A stretch of DNA of 64,000 bases from Eledone cirrhosa (Eukaryota), in NCBI GenBank assembly GCA_964016885.1, contig OZ024748.1, positions 11,842,001-11,906,000 of the forward strand, read 5' to 3'. The notes under the pieces were generated by a model that ran no database searches, was not told the DNA's origin, and saw only the letters and a program-made list of their open reading frames with translations. Below are positions 1-12,124 of the stretch, in pieces; the stretch's first letter is position 1; every line of letters starts with the position of its first letter. The position numbers were made by a program, and so were the translations under genes.

Positions 1-305
1 ATATGAGAAGAAATAATAATAAACGAAGCGTTTCTCCCTGTTAATGAAAGGTCAGTTGTATGCTGCATGTGTATATTGCGCGATGCTGCATGGTAGTGAG
101 ACATGGACAGCAACTGCGGAGGATATGCGAAGGTTGGAGAGAAATGAAGCAAGCATTCTCCGATGGATGTGCAATGACAATGTGCATGAAAGATGAAGTA
201 TGAACAAGTTGAGGGAGAAACTGTGTATAAGAGGAATAAACTGTAGTGTGCAGGAGAGAAGACTGCGTTGGTATGGCCATGTGATGCACATAGATGATGA
301 CTGCT
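1..305 (+). mobile_element. Degenerate RTE LINE fragment (C-terminal part of RT)
   Basis: Translates across frameshifts to AMLHGSETW..EDMRRLERNEASILRWMCN..QERRLRWYGHVMH, matching the RTE ORFs at 36-37 kb and 47 kb. Confidence 0.85.
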
Positions 306-404
306 GGTCAGGCCAAGTGACCATGACTTGCTCATACTGATCTGTTTTGGGCGTGGTATCTACTGCTGGATGATCCTTACTAACAGCAACTACATTACAA
401 CATG

Positions 405-947
405 GATTGGGTGCTGTTTCATCCTGGTACCAGCATGACCACCTAACAGGGTGGACTGGGTGCACTTTTCATCATGGTTCCAGCATGACCACCAAATGGG
501 GTGGATTGGGAGTATTTTTTTATGGCACCAGCTCGATCACCTAACAAGGTGGACTCGGTGTATTTTTTTATGGCACCAGCTCGATCACCTAACAAGGTGG
601 ACTCGGTGTATTTTTTTATGGCACCAGCTCGATCACCTAACAAGGTGGACTCGGTGTATTTTTTTATGGCACCAGCTCGATCACCTAACAAGGTGGACTC
701 GGTGTATTTTTTTATGGCACCAGCTCGATCACCTAACAAGGTGGACTCGGTGTATTTTTTTATGGCACCAGCTCGATCACCTAACAAGGTGGACTCGGTG
801 TATTTTTTTATGGCACCAGCTCGATCACCTAACAAGGTGGACTCGGTGTATTTTTTTATGGCACCAGCTCGATCACCTAACAAGGTGGACTCGGTGTATT
901 TTTTTCATGGCACCAGCTCGATCACTTAACAGGATGAACTGGGTGCA
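405..947. repeat. 48-bp minisatellite in INTS3 intron 4
   Basis: Unit tggcaccagctcgatcacctaacaaggtggactcggtgtattttttta; 9 near-perfect copies plus 2 degenerate upstream copies. No spacers. Confidence 0.95.
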
Positions 948-969
948 TTAACAATAATAAACAATTTAC

Positions 970-1083
970 CTGTGATTTAACTGGTTGAAGAATTTTTAAC
1001 CATTTGTCATGTATGATTTTACCAAGGAAACCTTGGACAAGCACCATTCCATCTTTACTGACTAACGCCATGTCACGGTACAT
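970..1083 (-). CDS. INTS3: INTS3 coding exon 4 (MYRDMALVSKDGMVLVQGFLGKIIHDKWLKILQPVKSQ)
   Basis: Acceptor ttttccag, donor gtaaat, 114 nt, phase 0. Matches human INTS3 CYRDLALVSRDGMNIVLNKINQILMEKYLKLQDTCRTQ (recalled). Confidence 0.93.
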
Positions 1084-1777
1084 CTGGAAAAACAAAAGTA
1101 TATTTTTTGATACATATATATGTATATATATATGTGTGTGTGTGTGTGTGTAAAAATGACAACACAAACACAGGGATGAAAAATGCAAAGTCTTATTAGT
1201 ATCACACTTAGAAGGAAGTAGAGGAGGGTTCAGCACGTTGGACATAAGCCCTTCTTCGAGAAATGGAGAGTTCTTCAGAGAGAGGAAAGAAAACGTATTG
1301 GAACATTGGAATTTTGGAAAAAGTTTTTAAGAAAGTGGGGTGGGGGGCGTATGTGTGTGTGTATATATATATATTTAATATATTTATTAAAATTTAGCTC
1401 CGACATAGATGTATACATACAAGTATATGAATTTTATATATCTAAAGATATACGGTATGTTTAATAAATAAACATTTTGAAAGCCTAGCTATGAATATTG
1501 AAAGGCTGACAGCTAGCCGTCTAGCGGATTTCAGCAGAAGCAGCAGAGGACAACTGTCTATATACATTTCAAGCTCTAGCACAGTGCTTCCCCTGCTCTC
1601 AGCTGGAAATTGAAACAGGTGAAAATATAGTTTTTTCGTCTGTGTAAATGGGCTGATTAGCTCCATTTGCATATGGAGCATCATCATCAACATGTATAAC
1701 ACAGATCCATTCAAAGTTAACCTGGAGATATACAACAACAACAACAAAATTATATTTCAAGTAAAAGCCCTGTTTAC

Positions 1778-1861
1778 CTTGGCTGCTATTTTAGGTTCAA
1801 CAAGTATGGCATATAACTGGCCCAGCTGAATTTCCTCATGTTGGTTTGAGCCTTTCCACAC
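1778..1861 (-). CDS. INTS3: INTS3 coding exon 3 (VWKGSNQHEEIQLGQLYAILVEPKIAAK)
   Basis: Acceptor ttttgcag, donor gtaaac, 84 nt, phase 0. Matches human VCKGLPQHEEICLGLFTLILTEPAQAQK (recalled). Confidence 0.93.
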
Positions 1862-1944
1862 CTGCAAAACAAATAACAAATATGAGAAATCAATAAAATA
1901 GAACTAGTAAGGATACTAAATGCAAATCAATCAACATTTTTGTC

Positions 1945-2175
1945 ATCTGTGTCTTAAATATTGACCTGTGGCCTAAATATTGACTTCTGTGTCCCAAATA
2001 CTGACCTCTGTGTCTTAAGTACTGATTCCTGTTACCCAAATCCTGCCTTATATGTCTTAAATATTGACCCGTGTCCTAAATATTGACCACTGTCCTAAAT
2101 CCTGACATATGCTTTAAATATTGATCTCCGTGTCCTAAATACTGACTTCCGTGTCCCAAACACTGACCCCTTGAC
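1945..2175. repeat. Degenerate ~20-23 bp tandem repeat
   Basis: About 10 variants of tgtgtcctaaatattgacc. Confidence 0.8.
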
Positions 2176-2456
2176 CTATCTAAGCGCTAAAGATGGAAAT
2201 AAATAAATCTACCACACCTACCCATTACCAAACTTCTAATCTAAAACATGAAGGTCATTATTATCAGATGGTAGCAAAATGACAGTCATTAGCATGTCAG
2301 ATTATCTGTACTCTGAGTTCAAGTCCTACCAAGGTCAACTTAGCCTTTCATCCTTTCAGAGTCAATAAATAAAACACCAGTCCAGTACTGGACATTGATT
2401 CTTTCTCTTTTTCTTCAGGAGAAATCAACTGCATTCTGACATGGACGCAACCAGAT

Positions 2457-2672
2457 TTAACTCTTTAGCATTTACATTATTCTATATTTACTATTGCATT
2501 TTCGCAGTAAAGGCTTTATCTCACATGACATCGAATCTACAAGATTTTGATATTATTTATTTTGAAAACAATACCTTAACATCAGTATGAGTGGCCAGTT
2601 ACAGCCGGTTTGAACAGAAAGAGGTGAAAGTATTTTGGCCAGATACAGCCAGTTTAAATGCTAAAGGGATAA
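2457..2672. mobile_element. piggyBac-like MITE
   Basis: ttaa-ctctttagcattta ... taaatgctaaaggg ends. Same family at ~3700-3916, 13938-14085, 39743-39956, 42744-42958, 43011-43177 and 63492-63682. Confidence 0.75.
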
Positions 2673-2799
2673 AATGCCCAAGATAGACCATGTGTCAGGA
2701 TGGCACTCCAACAACTCCATCAGAATTTAAGGACTCTTTACATTATTAGCAATCTTTATCAGCCATAAATTAAAAGGAAAAAGAGATACATAAACATCC

Positions 2800-3140
2800 T
2801 TAACATCGTTTTTACGTGTTATTCCACACTTGCATTGGTTAGACAGGTCCTTTTCAGCACAGCATCACTTATCGCATTCCTTTGTCATCTCTTCTGTGAA
2901 TCTCAATAATTTGGGATCAGCTCTCACCAGGTCTTCCTTGGTCCACCTCTATTGCAGCTTCCTACCACTGGGATTTCCTCACAATTCTTCACCCAACGAT
3001 CATCATCCATGCACATCATATGTCCGTACCAATGAAGTCTTCTCACTTGCACACCACTTCAGATTCCTCTTAAACCCAGTGTCTCCCTCAGTTCATCCAG
3101 GCTCTGCCTTTCTCTCACATTTACATAAACATTCTAACAA
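2800..3140 (-). mobile_element. RTE LINE 3' end fragment
   Basis: Minus strand encodes RRLHWYGHMMCMDDDR-like sequence followed by an RTE-type tail. Confidence 0.8.
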
Positions 3141-3208
3141 TTGTTTGTAAGTAAATGAACCAGCAAAAGAAATGATATATAATGAGTCTGTTATCTTCAG
3201 ATACTTAC

Positions 3209-3292
3209 ATGAGCATTTAATGCATCATTACACTCTCTTTCTGACAGTCCATTTGTGATACTGTTCAGCACTGCATAGAATCTTTCACACTT
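3209..3292 (-). CDS. INTS3: INTS3 coding exon 2 (KCERFYAVLNSITNGLSERECNDALNAH)
   Basis: Acceptor tttgtttcag, donor gtaagt, 84 nt, phase 0. Matches human RLERCMSIVTSMTAGVSEREANDALNAY (recalled). Confidence 0.93.
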
Positions 3293-5453
3293 CTGAAACA
3301 AAAATGAATAAATAGCAGGTGTTAATAAATTGGTTACCTGTACACTGAAAGGAACAAATAATTAGCAGGTTTCAACAAATAGACTACCTGTACACTGAAA
3401 GGAACTTGTCTTTTAAAATCAGTGGTCTACAGGGTGCCTCTTATCCCATCTAACAGCATCTCAAGTTACTACACAGGACATACAGCCAATAACTTCAAGG
3501 TAAGCTTCATTCAACACATGCACTTTGCTATGTCCAGGGACAGCAATACTTCTCTGTTCCATTTGATTGACAGACCTCAGGACCAGGAAATTCCTCTCCA
3601 CCCAATACAACCTGGAGCATTCTCAACAGAGTTCCCTATTATTCTTTTGGAGCCAACAGCTGTCATCTTTGCTTCTGTGAGCAGCTGCATATATTAAAAT
3701 GGCCATTTACATTACTCTATATATACTATTGTATTTTCGTGGTAAAGCTTTATCTTACATAATTATCTCACATAATATCAAATCTGTGAGATTTTGATAT
3801 CATTTATTTTGAGAACAATACCTTAACATCATAACATCAGTATCAGTGGCCAGTCTGAACAGAAAGAGGTGAGAGAGTTCTGGTCGGGTACAGCTGGTTT
3901 AAATGCTAAAGGGTTAATAAGAAATACAAACACTGAGCTGGAAGAAATGCACAAGGCATCCTGTCCAATGCATTGACAATTCCTCGACTGGGGCTTTATC
4001 TACTCTAAAAAGATGAAAGGCAAAGTTAACCTCAGTGGGATATGAACTGAGGGCAAAAAACTGGAGGGGGGGGGGGGGGGGATACTGCAAAACATTCTCT
4101 CAGATGCTTTAACGAATCTTCCAACTTGACACATTCGTTTCCTATAGTGGAACAAAGTTTCACATTTCAAGATAAAACAGATAAAATAAGGCAGCAATGA
4201 CTTTGGTACACCACTCCACTACACTCTGCCAACTCATCACACTCGGTGTCTAGCTACCGATTTGGGGAGTGTATGAACAGGATTCGATCGAACCCATTAC
4301 AGGGTCTTATTTGATTGATTATGGAGGGGAAAGAGTAGAGAGAATAACAATTTAATAAACAATAAGCAAGAGAAAGGTGATTTTGTGAGGTTGATGCTTT
4401 TGTCTGGAAATACTAAGTGGGTCATAAACTCAGTTCACCTCAAGAATAATCATTTCTTTATTTCCTTCAAAGAAACAACAATAAGGTTATTCTTTTCCCA
4501 TTTTATTTTTTCACGGGAGACAGCCAAGCAATTAGGACGTACGACCATACCAACAACTACCACACTATCACTTTTTACTCTGTTTCTTTTTATTATTTAC
4601 AAATGTTAAACTTTCGGATTCTTTTCATTTTAATGCCGAACTCATTAATAAACAAACCAGTTATTTTATGTAGTAAAGAAATGAAATCTTGTTAAGAGTT
4701 GATGTCGTGGCAATAAATTAGAAAGGAAGGAGAGAAAGAGAGGGGAAGAGAGAATGAAGTTATGATATTCATGCCTTTCTCTATAAATAGTAAAGATAAA
4801 CGAAAAGAAATGTATCCGAACTGCGGGATCGAAACCGAGTCGGAGATAAGACCCCGTCTAGTACTACATAACTTATATTACTGTAATGTTTAAGTAGCTA
4901 CAGAAACAATTTAAAAGTGGATATTACGTAAGGTTCGATTCTTTTCTGAGTTTCTAACAAAACTTAACTGAAATAGTTCCAACCGCGTGAATTAATGAAA
5001 CCAAGTCGATATATTTATTTACTTGGTTTCATTTTAAAGCAATAACAGTAATTACTAAATTTACACTTTTTTTTATTTTAAATAAACCACAAAGTCTCTT
5101 AACGGAGGGGGGCGGGGGGTATTTTAAATTGAATTAAATTCAGTGTATTACTGGTACTTATTTTGTCGATCGTATGACGATTCGAACTGAGAATTTAGTA
5201 TTGACACTAAATATATTTAATAAAGTATTAACATTTATTTTTTTTTAAACCCACAATTAACTGAAACGAGAGGTTTATAATTAAAGACGAGGAAAGGAAG
5301 GATGAAAGTATACGGAAATAAAACAGAGAAATTAATATATATGTGTGTGTATATGTATTATACAATACATGTGTACATACACACACATATATATAATCAT
5401 ACACTATATATAATATTATAGATGCATTATATATAGAGAGAGTCTATTTACTG

Positions 5454-5495
<42 letters not shown>

Positions 5496-5670
5496 CAGTA
5501 AATAGACTTACAATAAAAAATACACAAACTCGCGAATAAAATAAAATATTTATATTTTAGCTGGAAAATGTTTGTCAGTTTAAGAGTCTACTCTGAGTTT
5601 CTATGGAGTTATAATAATAATAGTAATAATAATAAACTAATAATAATAATAGGTCAATTGATATAAATAC

Positions 5671-5745
5671 CTCTTCGAGATCATCCTTCGGTTCTAAAAC
5701 GGACGAATATATTAATCTGGATCCGGGAAGTTTCTCTTTCTCCAT
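5671..5745 (-). CDS. INTS3: INTS3 coding exon 1 (MEKEKLPGSRLIYSSVLEPKDDLEE)
   Basis: ATG at 5745 (gctATGG), donor gtattt, phase 0. Matches human GRLLLSTSLDAKDELEE (recalled). Confidence 0.9.
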
Positions 5746-6600
5746 AGCTTTTGTTTATTCTTCTTCACTCACACGAATACTTAAAATGTTTGACAGAATT
5801 AACAAATAAAATTCAGGTCTTCATTGCTGTTATTAGAAGGAGGAAAATATATAAAGACCTTAACAGGTTATCACCGCCATCTCTTTAACAAAACTACACA
5901 AATTTAATCTTCTACACACCGATTCGATGTTATTTATTTTTAATATATTATTTATATTAAAATACTGAAATTATTTTTTTTTCTTTATGTTGAATTAACG
6001 ATGTAATAAATTCGGGTCTCAGTAAAGACAGATTTGGAAAGTAAATATTGTTAAATAAGTAAATAAGTAAATATATTTTTAAAAATCAAACTAAGAGCAT
6101 GCCTGAGTCGTAATTTGGTTCGAATGCTGTCATAAACGGATATTGTTCCATATGAAATATTGTTCAGAAAACTTCCTTTTTTATTTAACAAACTGCCACT
6201 TCTATATACATTTTAAACATCTTGTAGCTACTTTCTTGCAAAGAAATAAGTAAATTTGCTCAAAAAAATAATTTTAAACAATGAGCAAAGGAAAGAACGA
6301 GAAAAAATCGAAATCCAGTTTTTGATATGTAGACGGTGTCAGGATATTTTAAGTTCCTTTGTAATATGATTTCCACCTCAAATTACAAATCTGCTCTCTG
6401 TTAGTTTGCTACTGAGCGCGCGCTTATAACGATTTATATACCCATCACAATAAATACATGCGTGAACAATATATCTTCTACGTTTTTCAACTGAATTCAC
6501 CCACATCATTATCAGCATCGTCAATATCAAAGCAGCTGAAATATGTCTCAATTTTTTTTAATTAGCTCGCAAATCTCTGCTTGCGCGTTTGTGTATATGT
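5746..6600 (-). promoter_or_regulatory. Probable INTS3 5' UTR and promoter with YY1-like motif GAGATGGCGG (5883-5874)
   Basis: Directly upstream of the start codon, free of repeats, CpGs retained. TSS not determinable from sequence. Confidence 0.55.
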
Positions 6601-6941
6601 ATATATATTTATTTATTATATCATGTAGAGTGTAGTATATATATATTTATTATATTATATTATGTGTGTGTATATATATATATATATATTATATAGTAAT
6701 AATAATAAATTTGAAGACTAAAATCCAAAGAGGGCTCGATAAGAATAAATATATATCAAATATATAAGAACCCTAGAGCAAATATTTAAGATAACAGATT
6801 AAAGTTTAAGCAAAGAATCACATTTATTATATATATATTATATATATATAACCAACACAAGAGCAAGAATGAAGGGTTCATTCTACTGACATGGCTTTGA
6901 AAATGAGGCTTGTTTGCATAATTGCAAACGAATCGAATGTT

Positions 6942-7245
6942 TGGATTGGCAGTATCGGTAGAGGGTCGGACGCCATGCTTTCCAGCATAGTTACGTCCCT
7001 TTACGATCTGAGTTCAAATCCCGCCGAGGTTGACTTTGCCTTTCCTTACGGGGTCGATAAAATAAAGTAACAGTAATGCACTGGGTAATTGCTGGCCTTG
7101 TGCCTAAAGTAGAAACAATTATTAATATCAAAGTCAACCTCAAATCCCGCCGAGGTTGACTTTGCCTTTCATCCTTACGGGGTCGATAAAATAAAGTACC
7201 AGTAATATTGCTGGCTTTGTGCTAAAAGTAAAAACAATTATTAAT
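6942..7245 (+). mobile_element. tRNA-derived SINE family 1 (Nin/Deu-like core): one full copy plus a partial copy
   Basis: A-box tggcagtatcgg, B-box gagttcaaatcc, core ctttgcctttcatccttacggggtcgataaaataaagtaccag, tail gtagaaacaattatt. Other copies at ~2268, 13565, 14745, 17092, 21945, 26752(-), 41828, 56658 and 63350. Confidence 0.85.
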
Positions 7246-7321
7246 ATTCGAAAAACTCAGATTACATTTATTGTATTCACCCATGTAGAGCGAAATTTTT
7301 TTTTGTTATATATATATATAT

Positions 7322-9785
7322 CAGCGTTTTTAGGTCCGCTTTTCCATGCTTGCTTGGGTTTGACAGGTCTTTCCCATCACGGCATCTCTCTACTTGTCAC
7401 ATTCTTTCGTCATCTCTGCCAGTTTTAGCAATTTCAGGTCCGCTCTCACAACCTCTGCTCAGGTCTTTCTTGGTCGTCCTCTATTGCGGCTTCCTTTCAC
7501 TGGGATTTCTTGGCATTTCTTTACCCATTGTCCATGCACATCACATGTCCATACCAGCGGAGTCATCTCTTCTGCACACCATCTCGGAAACTCCTTAAAC
7601 CCAGCTTCTCTCTCAGCTCGTCCAAGGTCTGCCTTTCTCTCACATTTACATTGCACATCCAATAAAACATGGTTGCTTCATTTCTCTCTCTGCAGTCACA
7701 GTCCATGTTTCACTACCATGCAGTATTGCACACTGCACACAGGCGTCATACAGCCATCTTTTTGTATGTAAAGGAAAAAACTTGTCAACAGTGGGAGTAA
7801 TTCTCTAAACTTCTTCCATCCTATCCTTATTTTAGCTATTATACTCTCGGTGAACCATCCTCCATTGCTAATTAGGTCACCTTGATAGCATACACTATCA
7901 ACCACATCTATGGATCCTTCCTAAGACTGGAAAAAGTTTATATCATTAGCAGTCTTCCTCTCGGTTTTTCCTGTGTATCTTCTACATGCAAAACTCTCTC
8001 TTCCTGTTATTCCACTCATTATCCCATTACATCTTTTGTGTACCCAAGATTTACATTGTGTACATTGTATGGAGTTTAAGCCTGCTCCTTTTCTGCATAT
8101 TGAGCATGTTCACATACCTGAGGGAATCTGGGTCCTGTCTTCTCTCCTATTCACTAACACTTTAGTTTTGGCTAAGTTTACTCTTAGACCTTTTGATTCC
8201 AAATTTAGCTTCCATAATCGGAATTTTTTTTCTAGCTCTTTTTTGGTTTCAGCTATAAGGATCAAATCATCTGCATAGAGAAGTTCTCATGGGCAGCCCG
8301 TTTTAAACTCCTCTATAATGGCCTGAAGAACTATGATGAACAGCTGCAGGCTAAGAACTGAACCTTGGTGATCTCCTACCTGTATCTTGAATTCCTCACT
8401 AAACTCGTTTATTACTCACTTTACTGACCGTTCCTCTGTACATAGCTTGCACTGCTCTCACAAGCCATTCTTCTACACCTAATTTCCTTAAGGACCACCA
8501 GATAATAGATTAAGGTACTCTGTCAAAGTGTCAAAGGCCTTCTCTAGATCAACAAAAGCTAAATATAGTGGTTTATTTCTATTGTAGTTGCCTCACTAAG
8601 AGGGCATCTGTAGTGACTAGCGCCACCTTGCCCGGGGAGAAAAACTAATTGGAGTTACTTCCCGTTGAATTCTAGAAGATTCCTTGAACTTCTGGTCTAG
8701 GGATTATAAAGGCGGGAGAAAAGAGACATCTTAGCTTATTTGGCGACCGGCTCTTGGATAGTTCACTCACTCACGAGTTTATTAATCTTATTATATCTGT
8801 ATCGAATTTAATTAGTGGTTGGCCTGCAGTGGCGTTTACCAAAGTAAATAACCCTGTGACCAATTCACTAAACATCTATACTACTTTTCCCAGGCATGAA
8901 ACCAAACTGCATCTCATCTACTTTGATTCTTTCCCTAATTAGCTGTACTATAACTTTCTGTTACTTTCATAACTTTGTTTATTAGTTTTATTCCTCTATA
9001 GTTGCTCCTTTCTAGAACATCATCTTTGCCCTTGTAGCCATTTATGATTGCACTGCTGCACCAGTCATTGGGTATGACTCCATTATGTATTACTTGATTT
9101 ACTATACTGGTTACTATTTTGGCTCCTACCTCTCCCAATGCTTTCAGCATCTCAGCAACTATTTCTGATGGTCCCGCAGCTTACCTTTTTTCATCTTCTT
9201 GATTGAATCTTTAAGCCTGAAACTATCAACTTCAATAGCTGGTCCTTCCTTTGGGTAAGCTGAGGGTAGTTTCTCTTCTTCCCATTAATTCTCTACATTC
9301 ATCAATCTCTCATAGTAACATTTCCAGGTTTCTTTCTTTTGGGCATCCTTTCAGAGTACCAACATTGAGGGAGGCAGTCCTAAGATTTGTACCTTGATAG
9401 TTGTTGTTACTTCTTTGGTTGAAGGTTCTATGCACCTGAAAGGGAAAGTGGTTGTGTGATTGCTTGATGACAGTGGAGGGGTTGTTGCAACATGGCTGCT
9501 CTAGCCACACCATTACCGTGCACAGCACTAACATGACTAGTGTTAGCCCTCTGTTTGCAACTAGTGGAAATCATATTAGTCATGCTTTTCATAATTTTGG
9601 CTGGGTTTTTCCTATCACCAACCACTTTACAATGTGGACTGGGCTCATAGTTCATACCACTAGTACTAGAGATGTTGTCTTACCAGATTTAACAGTCCTC
9701 TCCACCCTGTATCAGTTTTTATTTGAAGTTTCTACTCTCCTAGATGGGTGGGCTTCACTATGGCTTACGGGGCCTACATCTTCCC
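7322..9785 (-). mobile_element. Degenerate RTE LINE with a large internal deletion and a retained 5' region
   Basis: Endonuclease start LRTASLNVGTLKG near 9380 joined directly to the linker. RT motifs NYRGIKL, VDLEKAFD and LLYADDL appear with many frameshifts. Interrupted by a solo LTR. Confidence 0.9.
8609..8872 (+). mobile_element. Solo LTR (Ty3/Gypsy-like) inserted in the RTE RT region
   Basis: Ends tgtagtga ... tcactaaa (1 mismatch from a perfect inverted repeat), 4-bp TSD CATC (8605-8608, 8873-8876), internal tataaagg. LINE sequence is colinear across the insertion. Confidence 0.75.
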
Positions 9786-9787
9786 CC

Positions 9788-10136
9788 TCATCATCATCAT
9801 CATCATCATTTCATTTTACGCCCACTTTTCCCTGCTTGCAAGGGTGGGACGGGAACTGATTCTGGCTTGATTTCTACAGCTGGATGCCCTTCCTAACACC
9901 AACCTCATTTACAGTGAGTGGTGGGTGCTTTTTTGCCGTGGCACCTCCACGACCACTTTGCAGTGGAATGATATGGACCCCAGTCCCTATCATCTCATTT
10001 CTACAGCTGAGTAAACTGGAGCAATGTGAAATAAAGTGTCTTGCTCAAGGAAACAACACATCACCCGGTCTGAGAATTGAATTCACAACCTTTCGATTGC
10101 AAGGCCAATGCTCTAACCACTAAGCCATGTGCCTCC
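9788..10136 (-). mobile_element. tRNA-derived CORE-type SINE family 2 with RTE-like 3' end
   Basis: A-box tggcttagtgg, B-box-like gtgaattcaattc, CORE-like ccttgagcaagacactttatttcacattgctccagtttactcagctgtagaaatgag, (GAT)n tail. Confidence 0.88.
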
Positions 10137-10167
<31 letters not shown>

Positions 10168-10170
10168 CAT

Positions 10171-10374
10171 ATATGAAAAGAGTCAGGACCCCGCCACCGG
10201 CTGAGCTCTGGCCGTTTTGACAGCTAGATCTAAACAGTTTGGATCTAGCTGTCGAAACAGCCGGAGCTCAGCCGTCGGGGTCCAAACTCCTTTCATATTA
10301 CCCACTCTACTACTCTAAGTATCAAGTACTCTGGTGCGTTATGGTCCACCTTGTATCTTACCACACCTTTGTTT
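10171..10374 (+). mobile_element. Fold-back hairpin element in (TA)n, copy 1 (possibly Penelope-derived)
   Basis: ~62-bp inverted arms at 10171-10298 plus a ~75-bp unique tail. Homologous to 12769-12972 and 32503-32590. Confidence 0.6.
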
Positions 10375-11320
<946 letters not shown>

Positions 11321-11421
11321 ATATCCATGGAGCGCTTGTCAGCACAATATGGAAGTTGCGTTTCGCTAACTTCGCCGAAATGCGATTCTCGCTAAATTTA
11401 TATTTATATATATATATATAT

Positions 11422-11711
11422 AAAATTATGTTGGTGCAGCGCCATCCAGGCCGAAACAAATGAGATCGTGTAGGTGTCACGACAAAAAAACACACAGTCC
11501 ACGCTGTAATGTGGCCGTGTAGGCAACACGGTAAAAACCTCCCAGCCCCACACTGTAAATGTGGTTGGTGTTAGAAAGGGCATCTAGCTGTAGAAAACCC
11601 GCCAGACAGTCCTATGCGAGCAAGACAACCACTCTTGCCTCAAGTGGGAAAACCACCGTCCAAACCCATGCAAGCGTGGAACAGGGACGTTAAACGATGA
11701 TGATGATGATG
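11422..11711 (+). mobile_element. 5'-truncated RTE LINE 3' UTR
   Basis: Near-identical to 34055-34346 and similar to the 3' UTR of the 35.5-37.9 kb LINE; (GAT)n tail. Confidence 0.8.
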
Positions 11712-11721
11712 ATATATATAT

Positions 11722-12052
11722 ATCATCATTTCATTTAACGTCCGCTTTTCCCTGCTTGCAAGGGTGGGACGGGAACTGGTTCTGGCTTGATTTCTACAGC
11801 TGGATGCCCTTCCTAACACCAACCTCATTTACAGTGAGTGCTGGGTGCTTTTTTGCCGCGGCACCTCCACGACCACTTTGTAGTGGAATGATAGGGACTG
11901 GGGTCCCTATCATCTCATTTCTACAGCTGAGTAAACTGGAGCAACGTGAAATAAAGTGTCTTGCTCAAGAAAACAACACATCACCCGGTCTGAGAATTGA
12001 ACTCACAACCTTTCGATTGCAAGGCCAATGCTCTAACCACTAAGCCATGTGC
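11722..12052 (-). mobile_element. SINE family 2 copy
   Basis: Highly similar to 9788-10136. Confidence 0.88.
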
Positions 12053-12124
12053 ATTATATATATATGTGCATTATATATATATATATATAATTACTGGCCT
12101 TGTGCCAAAAGTAGAAACAATTAT

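Noticed and set aside
443-951. Three overlapping repetitive ORFs
   Set aside because: Products of a 48-bp (multiple of 3) intronic minisatellite; no splice or homology support.
3313-3405. 50-bp duplication containing ttcag-tgtacag-gta on the INTS3 strand (microexon-like)
   Set aside because: A 7-nt exon would break the frame and lies too close to the exon 2 acceptor; likely a neutral duplication.
4805-4865. tRNA-like ggtttcgatccc followed by a T-run on the minus strand
   Set aside because: No cloverleaf or pairable T-stem could be built.
4994-5033. 13-bp perfect hairpin (also a 14-bp one at ~32748-32780)
   Set aside because: Short, isolated and without supporting context in a palindrome-rich region.
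9788-10136. tRNA genes at SINE heads
   Set aside because: A/B boxes are present but there is no acceptor stem and they continue into SINE bodies.
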